A stretch of DNA of 64,000 bases from Oopsacas minuta (Eukaryota; Animalia; Porifera), in NCBI GenBank assembly GCA_024704765.1, contig JAKMXF010000343.1:62001-126000 (forward strand). The letters run 5' to 3'. This document shows, in pieces, positions 1 to 13,700 of this stretch (positions are counted from its first letter, which is position 1; each line of letters starts with the position of its first letter). The translations under genes and the position numbers were made by a program. The notes below the pieces were generated by a model. That model ran no database searches. It was not told the origin of the DNA and saw only the letters and a program-made list of their open reading frames with translations.

Positions 1-123
1 ACCATTGATGTAACACAAAATGATACTAGAAATATCTTTTCAACTGCTAACTAGGAGTAATCGTATCCAGAGTTAGTCTGTGGATTATTTGTTTGTTTGT
101 TGTTATTTACTCCCTCCCTGCAG

Positions 124-345
124 CTAAAGGTAATGTCACAACAACTCAGACTTCTCTCAAAAGCCTTCAGTACCTACTACTCCGGCTGCTACACATCAAT
201 AGAACCGATCTTAGACGCTATGGAACAGAATATGGACGATATGAAACATGCTCGAAATCAATCCCAAATGAGTTTAGCTATTTGGCTGGACACAGTTAAT
301 AGGAAAACTTCATCCAACAACATAGAAGATACAAACTCAGTCTAA
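124..345 (+). CDS. Last exon of an arfaptin-like (AH/BAR domain) protein; gene begins left of the window
   Basis: After a (GTTT)-rich intron ending ctgcag, the frame reads LKVMSQQLRLLSKAFSTYYSG...AIWLD. This resembles the arfaptin C-terminal [20 protein letters not shown]...SWLE pattern as recalled. Confidence 0.55.
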   Translation, partial: LKVMSQQLRLLSKAFSTYYSGCYTSIEPILDAMEQNMDDMKHARNQSQMSLAIWLDTVNRKTSSNNIEDTNSV

Positions 346-1001
346 CCAATCTCTTCCTTCTATAATATGTAAGGTGTAGTCTAGTTTGATGTACCCCTGA
401 ATTTCCAAATTTCACATAACTTTATTGATATAAGTTTGTTGTTATGTTTTCTTTCTGTAAGTAAAGAATGTTAGGGATTTGTTTAGGACAATTTTTGCTT
501 GATAAGCAACTTGTGGAATTGTTGAATCCAAAGTATACAGTGAATTCATCTACAGGACGTAGTACCGATGAAAATGAGAATATTATTACTAATATACTTG
601 GGGTATAGAATTGCATCAATTAGGGATTCATAATAATAATAAGTATCGTTGCTATGGGCAAGATATACAGGAATGTGCAATATAAGGAGAGGAGAAGAAT
701 TAAGATTGAACTCATGGATGAGATAGAACCGTTCTATCAATTCCCATTTTTATACCTTAAAATTTTTACAACTTTTTGGAGTGTGTCAGTTACAAATATT
801 CTTGTTTATATTCTGTATTTAGAAAATTCTACATACTTTTGATGTGTGTTGTTATTTGTTGTCAAATTTGTTTGTTGTTACACTGAGTTAATCAGATCAT
901 GTCAATTATGACAAAATATCGGTGTGTTTATTGATGTCAAGTTGAGAAGTTTTTTGGATAAAAAGGATGAAAAATGGCAGAACTAAACAAATAAACAAAT
1001 A

Positions 1002-1859
1002 ATGGCGTCACAATTCTACCCTACCAAACCGGTGTTCTTTTCTCTGACAGAATCCTATAAAGTGTCAGAGAGCCACTTCACACCTCGGCTTGACGAATAC
1101 TTCTCAGAGAGATTACGTCATCTGTTGGGGATAGAGACAGCTACACTTGTCCGTAGTGACTACATGGATCTGCAACCAGAACTAAGTCCAGAAGCGAGAC
1201 AAACCCTCTTGAATTGGATCATGAAGGTACACTTTGCTTACCAGTTGTCCCCACAGACTCTCTTCTTATCTGTTCGTCTTCTAGACCGCTTCTTGTCGGT
1301 GGAACAAGTCCAAGTGGAGGAGGTACAGCTGTTGGGAATGTCATGTCTCTTGATTGCCTCTAAGATGGAGGATACTCTCCCTCTCTCCACTCGTGATCTG
1401 TGTCTCTGTGTGGGTGACTACTGCTCAGTTAATGACATCATAATAGCAGAGAGGAACATCCTCTGTGTCCTGGACTACACGACAACTCTACCTTCCTCAC
1501 TCAGCTTCTACGAGATGATGATACAAACCCTCTCTCCTGCCACAAACACAAACTTGTATTTCCTAGCTAGATACTTTCTAGAACTTCTGATCTACGATCA
1601 GACAGGAGCTCTCTCGATTCGTCCGTCTCTCCAAGCAGCGGCCTGCGTGTCTCGTGCTGTGGAGATGACACAGTCGAACGGAGAGAACTGGTGTCCCTCT
1701 GTCTCGTTTGGAGTAACGCCAGAAGAAGTACTCGTGTGTAAGGAACATTTATTGACTGTCTACATGACTGCTATGACTACTAAGAATCACCCAGTTAGAC
1801 TTAAATTCTCCTCTAGTGCTTATCAAGGTATAGCTCTATCTCTTTCTTATACAGTTTAA
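1002..1859 (+). CDS. Intronless cyclin (A/B-type cyclin box, 285 aa)
   Basis: Cyclin N-box: LSPEARQTLLNWIMKVH...LSPQTLFLSVRLLDRFLS...QLLGMSCLLIASKMED, followed by a C-terminal cyclin fold. Single ORF, ATG to TAA. Confidence 0.85.
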   Translation: MASQFYPTKPVFFSLTESYKVSESHFTPRLDEYFSERLRHLLGIETATLVRSDYMDLQPELSPEARQTLLNWIMKVHFAYQLSPQTLFLSVRLLDRFLSVEQVQVEEVQLLGMSCLLIASKMEDTLPLSTRDLCLCVGDYCSVNDIIIAERNILCVLDYTTTLPSSLSFYEMMIQTLSPATNTNLYFLARYFLELLIYDQTGALSIRPSLQAAACVSRAVEMTQSNGENWCPSVSFGVTPEEVLVCKEHLLTVYMTAMTTKNHPVRLKFSSSAYQGIALSLSYTV

Positions 1860-1882
1860 TACACACACACACACGCACACAC
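1860..1882. repeat. (AC)n microsatellite just after the cyclin stop codon
   Basis: acacacacacacacgcacacac. Confidence 0.9.
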
Positions 1883-2041
1883 ATTTGTATAGTTTATTGT
1901 ACTGTGCATTATTTGTATATTTGTATTCACAATAATTATATATATTAACGAACATTAATTTATCATATTTTCACACTTTGCACGATTAGTTAATAACCAC
2001 ACAACAATCTAACACATTTTGACAAATAATTCTGAGTTAGC

Positions 2042-4277
2042 ATGAGCGATACTCAGTTAGAACACTCTCCTCTTCCTGAAGAAGAAATATCTAACCCTCC
2101 TGATAAGGAACAGGAACCAGATAAGGTCAATACGGAACCAATTGAGCCCTTACAAGACCTAGAACCTCCTCAACCAATCTCTGAACCAGACGAGTCTGTA
2201 ACTCCAAATGAGCAACATTCCATAGATGAGATACGGTTACCAAGGCCTACCCATTTAGCTACTAGTGTTACTACTCCAGATTCTCCAGGTCCTGTTGATA
2301 TTGCTACGACTACGAGTATACCGCAAACAGAAGTACCTGATGTTACAGGTATGAGAAAAATATACATTCCTTTCTCACTCTTTTCTCCACTCTGGTTGCT
2401 TTGATTGTTAGTATTACTTTCAATGATACAGCAAAGATCAGTTATTTCTATACTTTTGTATAATTCTAAATTCTAATAGATCCTGTTACCCCCGTTACCC
2501 CTGTGTCACAAGCTACACCAACGCTTCAACCAGAAGAAAAAGCCAGACAAGCTGAAAAGAAAGGATCTCTCCCCCGTATGGAGGACGTAGGAACACCGTC
2601 TCTTTTCGCAGAGCAAATAACTTCCGGTGTAACCTTTGAGATGTACTATCTAGGAACTACAAAACTAACAGCACCTTCATCACCAACTAAATCACAACAC
2701 TTACAATTGTGTCGTGAAGTTATGTCACGTATTAAAATGCCACCTGGAGAACCACAGCCATTGACACCTATTTCCGTTTTCATATCTACACGCACTCTAC
2801 AGCTGTTAGATCCTAGTACTGGTATAGCTATGATTAAGCATGCGTTACCTTCTATATCATATATTAGTGATATTAGAAATAATCTGGTTATCATGGCAAG
2901 AAATGGTGAACAGACGAATAATGGGTTTGTTTGTTGTTTGTTTGTTTGTTTGTTTGTTGTTTATTTATATTTATTCACATCTATTAGATCTGAGAACGGT
3001 AACGAAAGAGAAGAAGAGACAACAACAACAACAGACTCTCCCTCAACCAATCAAAACTCGTCTCTTGTGTGTCATTTATTAGAATCTCAGAACTCACATA
3101 ATGTAGCTGTCACGATGGGACACGCATTTAATGTAGCATACAGGTATTGTTTACACAATTAACTCCCATTATATCTAACACGGATATATCGTAATATAGA
3201 AGTTTCAAATTGTACAAATATATTATCAAACCGTCAAAGTAATGTATATTCCCCCCGATCATACCGAAGTAATTATCACGTTCCCTTAAGCTTCGATATA
3301 ACAGGAGTTTACTGTGTATTACAAAAAGTGTGATTAACAGCTGTTTTATTATTTCAGGAATTTAGTGTTTTGTACTTCTAAAAGAAATGTATACATCAAC
3401 AATTATTCTATTTATACTTTTCAGACAATTCCTTCGCTCCAGTGGAATCAATGAAGACCAGCTGGCAATAGCAGAATACACTACAGTACTGACAGCACAG
3501 AAAATGCCTACAGAACATCTGGAGAGCCTAACTAACAATGAAAAACAGCGACTGATTATATTGCCTAAGAAGCAAGGAGAGCCTATTGGTGTAATGCTGA
3601 TTGAGTCAGGTTGGGGGAGTATGTTACCTACTTGTGTAATCGGACATATGGCTAAATCAGGACCAGCTGCACTGTCCAATAAAGTCAATATAGGTAAGTT
3701 GAACTTTGAGGTTATTTTTCGAACCTGGGGTCCACAAGAGTATCCAGTCCATACGTAGATTACAGTGGAGTTCGCCAAATAGCAAGTTGTATTTTACAAG
3801 AATTTCCTTGGTATTACGCGAACTTGCTAATAGGGGAACACCACTGTACTACTGACTTCTCCTCCTACAGGTGATCACGTGATACGTTTGTGTGGACAGA
3901 GTTTAGTTGGAATGCCATTAGAGAAATGCATGGAGATAGCAAGGGCAGCTAGGAATTTAACAAAAGTCTCAATGGAACTAGCATCATGCAACCCAGTTGT
4001 TGAGGTCAATATCATCCGTCCGGATGTTAAATTCCCTCTCGGATTCACGGTACAGGACGGCGAAATCGTAAGTCTGAGTAGAGGTTCAATTTCTGATAGA
4101 AGCGGGGTACGAGTTGGTCACAAAATAATAGAAATAAACGGCCAAAGTACAATTAATATGAAACACAAGTCAATTGTAACACTTTTGCAGACATCAATCG
4201 GTGAATTGTTGCTTAAAACTATGCCGATAGCTCTGTACAAGTTAACACTGGGGCTAGAGCAACCTGTATATGTTTAA
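2042..4277 (+). CDS. APBA: X11/Mint/LIN-10 family adaptor (PTB + 2 PDZ); exons about 2042-2348, 2480-2924, 2988-3143, 3425-3693, 3871-4277
   Basis: PTB GVTFEMYYLGTTKL...SRIKMPPGEPQPLTPISVFIST...ISYISDIRNNLVIMAR; PDZ1 KKQGEPIGVMLIESGWGSMLPT; PDZ2 IRPDVKFPLGFTVQDGEIVSL; family C-terminus PVYV. Splice phases checked and consistent. Confidence 0.92.
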
Positions 4278-4840
4278 GATATTTGAATTCTTTTCTTATT
4301 CATTGCTTTATATGTATTTTATTGTTTGGCATACGTATAGTGTGCTGATTCGTAGCTATTATGTGTTTTCATACATAGATGTTGAAGCGCAATGGGGTAC
4401 GAACAGGGTAGAACAAGTGAGGGTGAATTTGGTACGATTCATTAACCAAGGTCTTAACTGGGTGTTCTGACGTCACCCAGATGGCGCTTTATTCCTGGGA
4501 TAAATAACAGAGTTCGCTATCTTTGAATTCTAAAATTCCTGAGCATTGGAATATTTATATTTAATACAGTATACTCTTGCACGTTAAGTAACGCAAAATT
4601 CCCGAAATTCACACAGTTCCTTGAATCAAAGCATTTGCATTACTTAATAGAATTGGCCGTTTCACTTTTACACTCCATAGGACATACTTACCAAATTCCA
4701 CGGATTTCCAAGTTTCCATCCATAAATAGCAATTTGAGGTTGTTATTTGGAGAAAAATGCACACAAATTTGCTTATTCCTTGGATATCTTGCAGGAGGAT
4801 TGACAAGTGTCTACCTTATTTCTAAAATTAGATATCTATA

Positions 4841-5095
4841 ATGTCTTCTATATGGGATTGGATACAGAATTTAGAAATAGACTTTCAAGGTCAAAAGAGA
4901 GCTGAATCCCTCTACCAGTATATTATGGTATTATTTGGTTTTGTTGGTATTTGTTGGGGATTTTATTGTCAACAATTCATACAAACATTCTATTTCCTGT
5001 CAGCTGGTTTTATATTATCATGTATATTAATTGTACCAGCCTGGCCAATGTATAGAACACATCCGTTAAATTGGAGGAAACCTAAGTTAACGTAA
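4841..5095 (+). CDS. SPCS1: Signal peptidase complex subunit 1 (Spc12), single exon
   Basis: IDFQGQKRAE...two TM helices...ILIVPAWPMYRTHPLNW matches the SPCS1 pattern DYKGQKLAE...LPPWPIYRRHPLKW. Confidence 0.9.
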   Translation: MSSIWDWIQNLEIDFQGQKRAESLYQYIMVLFGFVGICWGFYCQQFIQTFYFLSAGFILSCILIVPAWPMYRTHPLNWRKPKLT

Positions 5096-5510
5096 TTTGG
5101 TGTTCTTTAGGTGTTAGATTTATATATTCATATATTACAAATCCTTACATCAGATTAAATGATAATAAGAACATTCTTTGTAACTAATTGTGTCATATAA
5201 CGAAGAGGATACCTCTATGCTCCCGTGTTACTTCTTATAGTAGCCTGGTGTTTATTCACATTTTAGCACCCTGGACGGGGACGAACCATCCGTTTATCAA
5301 CCTGAAGAGTTCTTATCTAGTCCTTACAGTCGTATCGTTTATAAGAACGCCTTTGGGGTGGGAGTAGTAAAGTATGTTCTTATAGCCGGCAATAATTATA
5401 CAGGAATATATGAGAACTGTTTACCAGACGATGGTTCTTATATTCTGTATGTTCTTATACTGGTGTCTTATAAACGATATCCACTGTATTAAGCTTGTTA
5501 CTAGAGTAGA

Positions 5511-8500
5511 ATGAAGTTCCCAGACCTAACCAGGAGCCATGTAGACAGCCCAGATTTTAAGCGGGACCTTAAACAATTAGAGCGTGAGACAGACATTCTA
5601 CTCAACCACTCACACTCCATTATCAGTATTCTAGCTGAGAAGGCTGCTATAGCTCGTAGGGACATACAGCTAACTAAAATGTTAGTTACAGAGATACAGT
5701 GTATTGGTATTACACATATAGTGGATTTTGATGGCGAAGCTGATAGTAAAGATGATACAAGGCTCACTCAGGTAGAATGACACTATAGTGGAAATTTACA
5801 TAAACCGACACCCGTTGGGACATGAATATTTGGTCGGTTATGAATTGTCGGATTAAAAATCACTACTATTTATGGATTATCGGAAATATTTCTCTAATAG
5901 CAAGTTCGCGTATTAGCAAGGGAAATTCCTGTCTAAGTTTAATCACGAATTGCTAATAGAGGAAATTAGGGCGAATTTGAAAATCCTGCCCCAAGCCTGT
6001 CTCTGGGAATGCCAGACCCTACGACCTCCCCTGGGGGAAATATTATTCGTACGCACGAAACTCTTAGGGCTTAACGGAACGAGGATAATATCATTACATC
6101 ATAAATTATCAAAATTGTAATCTATCATAATCCTTTGTAATTACCCTCAGGGCTAACTATGCAGACATCTATGCTCTCTTATGCAACTATTATCCCTAGG
6201 AACGCATTTCAAAACGTATAGAATCATTCACAACAATATCAGCTCAGCTCTGTGAGAACCAAGAAATATTCAGTGAACAGATTGAAATAGGAATGATCCA
6301 GCCGTTAAAGTTATTCATAAACACTCAGTTAACACCTGTTACTAATATGAAAGAGGAATATCATACTGTTTGTAAGAGACTTAGTGCTTTGCAGGATAGA
6401 TTCTTTCAATTCAAACGTCACGAAATTTCACAGATGGGGGATATCAGCTATCAGCTGTTTGATATGAAAATTTATAAACATCAGGTGAATACCTATTAAC
6501 CAGTATTGTAACTAAGGAAGTTATGATATTATTTACGAGCTCTTTTCCAGTGTAATGGTGTTGTTTTGGAGGTGTAAAGTATTTTAAAAACTGTAAATAC
6601 ATTTGCTACATATATGTTTCAACTCTTTATATTTCTTTCTATAGTTCGTCTGTAAATATTTATCAAATCTTCACTCACTCCACACATGCAGACTAACTGC
6701 TTGCCTCGAGCTATTAACACAATACTTACTGACATCTAGTTCCTATCACAATCTATGCTCATCTCTACTAGCTACAAGTCAGGATAGTATTTCTATTCTA
6801 TACAGAGCTGGTCAGAATATTACCGCTATTATTCTGGATAAACAGAAAAATGTAGAGTTAGAATCTCAAAAGATTATTGGAGAGGTAATACAGTCTACTC
6901 CTGCTTATACCGAAGTCTGAACTTGTACAAATATGGTCCCAAACCGTCAAAGTAACAAATATTCATTGGTTATATCAAACTGATTATCATGGTCCATTGA
7001 GCTTCGATATAACAGGAGTTGACTGTATGTATTATTTGAAAACATTGAAGCGACTGATTTCGCGTCAACCCTATTGACGATATTTCATTAAAACCCGTAT
7101 TCCTTTAGGTAGCGCAAGATCTAGCTCTGTCTCTTTTATGCTTCCAGGTTAGTGACGTACACCTTCCCTACCCCACAGCCCTCGCTAACATCAAACGTCA
7201 CCTATCTATTAACAAGAAAAACCTTCCCCCAATTTCCCCAGAAATATTCAACTCATCTCCTCTCCTAAACCCGCAATTATTTGACAGTATTGACCCAAGC
7301 GAGGCCGCGAAGAAACTTTCAAAATGTGGATACTTGAATTGTGGCGGAACAAAGACCTTTAGTGTAACTTGGAAAAAGTTATATTTTTGGATTGAATCGA
7401 ATGGATTAATGCAACAAGACTCAAAATCAAACGAAACAAAACTCATTCTTAACTTAAAACTCAGTACTGTGAAATCTGTAGCAACCACAGAGGTAGATAG
7501 GAATTTCTGTTTTAAAGTAATCTCTCCTACTCTAACGCTATTACTACAAGGAGAAAGTACTAGAGATATTGAAGAATGGGTTAATGCAATTAGCTATGCT
7601 ATTGGACAGGCATTCAACTATCAAAGGTCTTCTACATTATCTAACGACTCCGTTAAGAGGAAATTTGATGACAGGTATGTTATAACTCCCGTCATATCTA
7701 AGCTCAAGACACCTTGATAATCAGTTTGATATAACTGATATAATATACGTTACTTTGACGGTTTGGGACCATATTTGTACGATTTGTATCTGGCACAATT
7801 TTCTCTAATTCATGCTTACTAAAGCTCTCTAAAAGACTTCCTGTATTCCAAGTTTCACATCTAACTAGCTTCAGGATGTTATTTAGGGAAAAAGTTGGTA
7901 TGCGAAAATGTGTGAATTCTAGAAATGTTACAATGTACATTTAAATTCAATTAACGAGATGAAATTATCATTTTCTCTTATCTATATATTTATAGAAGCA
8001 GTTCAGAAGCTCTACCTCAATCCCCTATCACTCCAGTTACAGGAATATCCACACAGACATTAGCTGAAATATACTCTATGCCAGGGAACGATAAATGCGT
8101 TGATTGCCTTCGCCGAGGACCAAAATGGGCCAGTATAAATCTTGGTGTTTTACTATGTATCGATTGCTCTGGACACCATAGAGGGCTAGGAGTACATTTA
8201 TCACAAATCAGGAGTCTAATTTTGGACTCAATAAAAGAGGAATGGCTATTCAATATTAGAGAAACTGGAAACACAAATTTTAATTCGGTTTATGAAGCTA
8301 ACTTGAGTGAAGAAAATAAAATATTATTGATTAGTGATGAGAAGAAATTGAAAGACTTTATTATTGACAAATATCAAAATTTGAAATTCTCAACTGAGAC
8401 GGAGAGGATTAGAATCACAGCTCAACGCGAGGTAACTAGACAAAGGCACTTAGAGAAATATTGTTCAGATAAGGAGTTCGATGTTACACAAGTGGATATT

Positions 8501-8704
8501 GAATATACTGACAGTGATAAAAACCTGGATCATAAAAAGTTCGATAAATTCGTCAATATTAACCGGAGCCCTTCTCCAAAATACCCTCTTGACTCATCTT
8601 TAACAAACTCTCCAAGTGGAGAGGGTCTTCGACAGAAAGTCCGCTCGGTTGGTGATACGATAGGTAGCACGATAGCAAGAATAGGAACTGGAAAGAAACA
8701 ATAA
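5511..8704 (+). CDS. ACAP/centaurin-beta-like ArfGAP (BAR-PH-ArfGAP), multi-exon; internal BAR exons only approximately placed
   Basis: N-terminal [13 protein letters not shown] (BAR start); PH domain KCGYLN...TWKKLYF...[11 protein letters not shown]...EEWVNAI (about 7320-7620); ArfGAP zinc finger CVDC...[31 protein letters not shown] (8078 onward). Confidence 0.8.
6891..7025. mobile_element. Tc1/mariner-like MITE, family A (representative complete copy)
   Basis: TA|CAGTCTACTCCTGCTTATACCGAAG ... CTTCGATATAACAGGAGTTGACTG|TA: imperfect TIRs flanked by TA. Related copies at about 3165, 7680, 10545, 26660, 35215, 36587, 37381, 42020, 46508, 49570, 51660, 52415 and 59100. Confidence 0.75.
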
Positions 8705-8955
8705 TACATTGCTAGAATTGTTTGTTATGAATACAATGGCTAACTTAATATTATTATTATTCAATTGTGAGCTTGTTATTTCTATAATAGTTTCATTAAC
8801 TAAAAGATTCCACACTTTTCTATTATCTACGTAATACAATGGAGCTTCGTTAATACGAATTTCTGTGTAAGACGAATAAATATTCCATAGCCTGGTCCGT
8901 GTGACGCTATTAAGCCGAGTTACTTTACATCAATTAGCATACACTTTATACAAGT

Positions 8956-10350
8956 ATGGACCTCTCCAAGGACCAATTAGAGAAACAATTACGAGAAACC
9001 AGTCGATCTGGAACAGTATCAGACATAACTAAACTCCTAGAAACGACAGACATAACTTCACAGGATTCTGAAGGTTTTACAGCTCTGCATTACGCTGCAG
9101 CTGGTAACAACATTCCTGTACTTAAGTTGTTGGTAGCTAAGGGAGCTAAGGTTAACTCTGTAAGCAAGAATGGATGTACTCCTTTATATGTAGCCAGTCA
9201 GTCAGGCTATATTGATACAGTTAATGAGCTAATTGGTAAATTACACAAGTTATTATACGAAAATGGTTTGAAATCTTCGCCCCAGCCTTGCCTCGGGCTA
9301 CGCAATATCCTGAGACCTCCTCTGCTATTGCTCCTAGCATATTTATTTATTTATTTTTGTTTAGAAAGTAAAGCTGATGTAGATATAACTACTAAATCCA
9401 CTAAACACACAGCTCTGCTAGTAGCTGCAGAATTTGGGTATAACTCTGTTATTAAGAAATTATTACTGAGTGGTGCCAATATACATCATAATATGAATAA
9501 AGGTAAACAACAACAAACAAATAAACAAACAAACTAACAAATAACAAACAAACAAACAATCTTTCTAGGATTCACAGCTCTACATATTTCAGCACAACAC
9601 GGTCAAACAGAGACGATACAACTTCTACTTCAAGAAGGCTGTAACATCAATTCGCAGACAGAATCTAAATGGACTCCTCTAATGGTTGCCATATGGAATG
9701 AGCAGTATCAGGCAGCTGAAGAGCTAAAGAACAACGGAGCTAATATACATCTTAAGAACCAAGCAGGCAATACCGTACTAGCTTTGGCTGCAGTTAAACA
9801 TACTCATCTAGTTAAGCTGTGTCTGAGTGCTGGTTGTGATGTAAATACACAGGAGTATGAGTTGAATTGGACACCTTTACATGTAGCTTCTGCTACTGGT
9901 AAACAGGTTTGTTTGTTTGTTTGTTTGTTGTTTGTTTGAATTTTCGATATACTTAGAGTGGAACCTGGTTAATATGAGCTCCAGATCAAGGGAACAAATT
10001 TATCCCGTCCGTTCGTATTAACGAGGCCACTGTAATCGCATATATCTCTCCAACATTTACACATTCCATTTCACCAGGATGTCGTCAAGACTCTCCTCAC
10101 CCACGCTGCTAACGTAAACATACCAGATCGTAGAGGAAACACACCACTCCACCTAGCAGCACATCAGGGCTACAGGAATGTAGTAGCTACACTATTTGAC
10201 GCAGGTGCTGATATATTCGCACTCAACGCTGGCAATTTAACTTGTCTCGATATAGCTAAAGAGAGAATGTATATAGAAATTGTCCGTGACCTTATAGCTA
10301 ATATTGAAAGAGTTAATTACAAACACGTAACTGGACATCCATGGTCCTAG
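8956..10350 (+). CDS. Ankyrin-repeat protein; exons 8956-9235, 9365-9502, 9569-9906, 10078-10350
   Basis: Repeated motifs GFTALHYAA, GCTPLYVAS, TALLVAA, GFTALHIS, WTPLMVA, WTPLHVAS, GNTPLHLAA. The spliced frame stays open to the TAG at 10350. Confidence 0.85.
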
Positions 10351-10715
10351 CTGACAGCTTTTATTGATTCTTACTGTTCACTTTTATTTGTAGTTGTTGA
10401 TATTTTGGAGTAAACACAGGTGTAGTAACTTATTTTCATAACCACATATTTATCTTTTGACTGGAAGATTTTCTGGTTATATGGAATGTTGGACTATATC
10501 CACTGTCTAGAACTTAAGCCGAGGGCGAATGGACGTCGCACATACCAACTTCCGTTTTATCTAACACGAATATATCCAAATCCCGCTTATATCAAAGTCT
10601 GAATTGTACAAATATGGTCCCAAACTGTCAAAGTAACATATCGATTATATCAGTAGACTCCGCTTATATATGTGCTATGCTATAATGATATATCTAACAA
10701 TATTCAGCTAGCACA

Positions 10716-13700
10716 ATGATGCAACTAGGTGGTGGTGGCGGTCAGATGTTGATTCTCAGTCAAAACATGAAATCAGAATCTGGTAAGAAAGTACAGCAGG
10801 GGAACATACACGCAGCTAAAACTATTGCTGACGTCATAAGGACTTGTCTCGGACCTAAGAGCATGCTTAAAATGCTGATGGATCCTATGGGAGGGATTGT
10901 TATGACGAATGATGGAAACGCTATTCTGAGAGAAATTCAGGTGTGAAGATTATTCATATGATTAATCTTGAGTTTAGTTCCATAATACAAATCTTATGAG
11001 GTAATTCCTGATACAAATCATATAGGTCCAGCATCCAGCAGCTAAATCAATGATTGAAATAAGTCGTACACAAGATGAAGAGGTCGGAGATGGCACAACC
11101 TCTGTAATAGTACTAGCTGGCGAGGTTATGACGCTAGCTGAACCATTCCTACAGAAGGGAATACATCCCACGGTAATAATATCCGGTTATAGACAAGCAT
11201 TAGAGGATCTGGTTACAGCTCTACGGGATAGGATCGCTATTACTGTAGACACTTCTGATACAGAGGCTCTTATTGGGTATATACAGTCTAGTGTACAGAC
11301 TAAGGTAATTGTATTTCCTATTTTGGAAAGTAGAACCATTTCCCATTTAAACTTCCCTCAGAGATGCCGCAATTGTCCAATGCACGAATAATGACAGGAC
11401 CCATATGCAACTGTATCTTACATGCAAATACCTGCAGAATAGCTGTAATCTGTGTGGCAGCTGTTTGTATGCACTAACTCGGAATACTATAAATAGAAAA
11501 TTTTATCCTATTTATAGATGGTGAAGAAATGGTCCCGACAGATATGTGAGATAGCTCTAGGCGCTGTCCAGACCGTATCGCTGGAGCAGAACGGACGGAA
11601 GGAGATTGATATCAAGAGGTACGCCCGTGTGGAGAAAATACCTGGGGGATCGATGGAGGACTCTAGAGTATTAGACGGTATTTTACTGAATAAGGATGTA
11701 GTACATCCCAGGATGAGAAGGAGAATTGAAAATCCTAGAATTGTTCTCTTAGACTGTAATCTGGAATACAAGAAGGTAAGTTTCATTTCATATATTATTA
11801 CGAATATGTTGGGTTATTGATAAAATCTATCTGGCAATTTATCAAGTATAGAATCGATTAAAATATGTCGTTTTCAGTATATTGAGTGCTCTAATGGTAT
11901 GGACGAGGAAGGGCCCCAAAAAAATCGTTTTCCGCTACACCCATGACCTGGCTCGCCTGTCTGTCCTCGCAGGCTTACGAAATCTAACTCCTTTAACATA
12001 CTACTAGCTAATAAATCTAATTCTAATTTATAATACTTATAAGCATTTAGAATGAGAAATGTATTCTCAATTCATTCGCTTTTTAGCAAAAGGAAATTCT
12101 TATAAAATACGAATTTATAGTTTGCAAGCGCCTGTGTATATTTATAACTTTGTAGGGAGAGAGTCAAACAAACATAGAAATGAACAAAGATGAAGATTTC
12201 ATTAAAATTCTCCAATTAGAAGAAGAATTCGTTAGGAGACAATGTGACGAGATAATAGCATTAAAACCAGATTTGGTTTTAACTGAAAAAGGTGTATCTG
12301 ATCTAGCACAACATTTCCTTGTCAAGAGTAATATTTCGTGTTTACGTCGTTTGAAGAAAACAGACAACAACCGCGTGGCTCGTGCTGTAGGTGCTAATAT
12401 AGTTAGTGATACAGCTGATTTGAAGGAGGAAGATGTGGGTCTAGGTTGTGGACTGTTTGAGATTAAAAAAATTGGAGATGAATATTTTAGTTATATCGTT
12501 GAGTGCAAAAACCCTAAGGCTTGCACTCTAATGCTGAGAGGTCCGAGTAAGGATATTTTGAATGAGATAGAGAGGAATCTACAAGATGCTATGCAGGTTA
12601 GTTTATTAGTTATATCAAAGTTAAATGGACAACAATAATTACTTTGATATAAGCGGGTATTTCACAATTTTTCCATTATCATATCACCGTTCGTATTAGC
12701 AAGGGTAAACCTGTATACATTTCTATAGTACTTTACTATTCCTATACCGGTAAGAGATTTTAGCTGTCTATATGCTATACTTCATAAAGGTTGACTAGGA
12801 ATATGAAATTGAAAGTGAGGTCGGATTTTTATTTATGCTAAATACCCGAACCCCACGGCATATTCGGGTTTATAAAGTATTGCGTGCTGTGTCACGAACC
12901 CTCTTAACAAAATGATTTGCCACACACTCTAATAACCAGATTCTAACACAAAATTTTCTGTTACTAAATACAGTCAAACTTGTCAATAATGGCCACTCAA
13001 GGAACTGCTTAAAAGTCGCCTTTATATAGTGTAGGTCGTTAATTAGGTTCCACTGTAGTTATTTCATAGGATCCATGAGATTTAGGAGGTCACCAGCTTC
13101 CTGTACCTGTAGAGTAAATGGTATTCCATTCTTTGTTCTCCTTCTTTCATCTTGAAGAAAGCTAATTGGTATTTCAGCTAGAACGAATTCAGAGGGATAT
13201 ATTATTTGAGAAATTCCTTTACGATCAGGCTGTAGTTTTACAACGGATGATGGGTAAACAAGAGGCTCGTTTATGTTTGTTTTATCAAATACTGTCAGTT
13301 TGAATCTACCCTCGAAAGGCCACTTGACAAGAGGAGATCTGATTTGGTCATACATCATAAAAATAGTTACAGAGATTGTTTTACAGTTTCTGTTTGGTTT
13401 AATTGATAGACTTATCTTCACAACAAACTTCAAATACAATTCAAAATTCATATTACAATTTTCCAAGTGTCTGGACAAGCCAGGGTTCATCTTCAACTGA
13501 TTGAAATCAATATTTATAGAATTACGTAGCACGACAGGATATGACAATTTCTCTATTCTCTCTTCCAGTTGTGCGTTTCTCTTTTCTATTTGTTCCATTC
13601 TACTGATAGCGAACGAGGTTTTATTTTCCAAATGTTGAAATTGGTTTGTTACTGTATGTCTCTCTAATTCACATCTTTTTACTTCCTGCATACAACCAAA

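Noticed and set aside
422-842. Short ORFs on both strands between the arfaptin-like gene and the cyclin
   Set aside because: No recognisable motifs or consistent splice structure; they look like chance ORFs in AT-rich DNA.
3362-3778. 138-aa minus-strand ORF
   Set aside because: Antisense shadow of the X11/Mint PDZ exon plus intron; the many similar shadow ORFs over the TRAF, ACAD and TMEM104 genes were rejected for the same reason.
9236-9364. ORF read-through suggesting a 193-aa ankyrin protein with a hydrophobic insert
   Set aside because: This is a stop-free 129-nt intron (GT 9236, AG 9364) containing a repeat also seen near 5985; removing it restores the ankyrin pattern.
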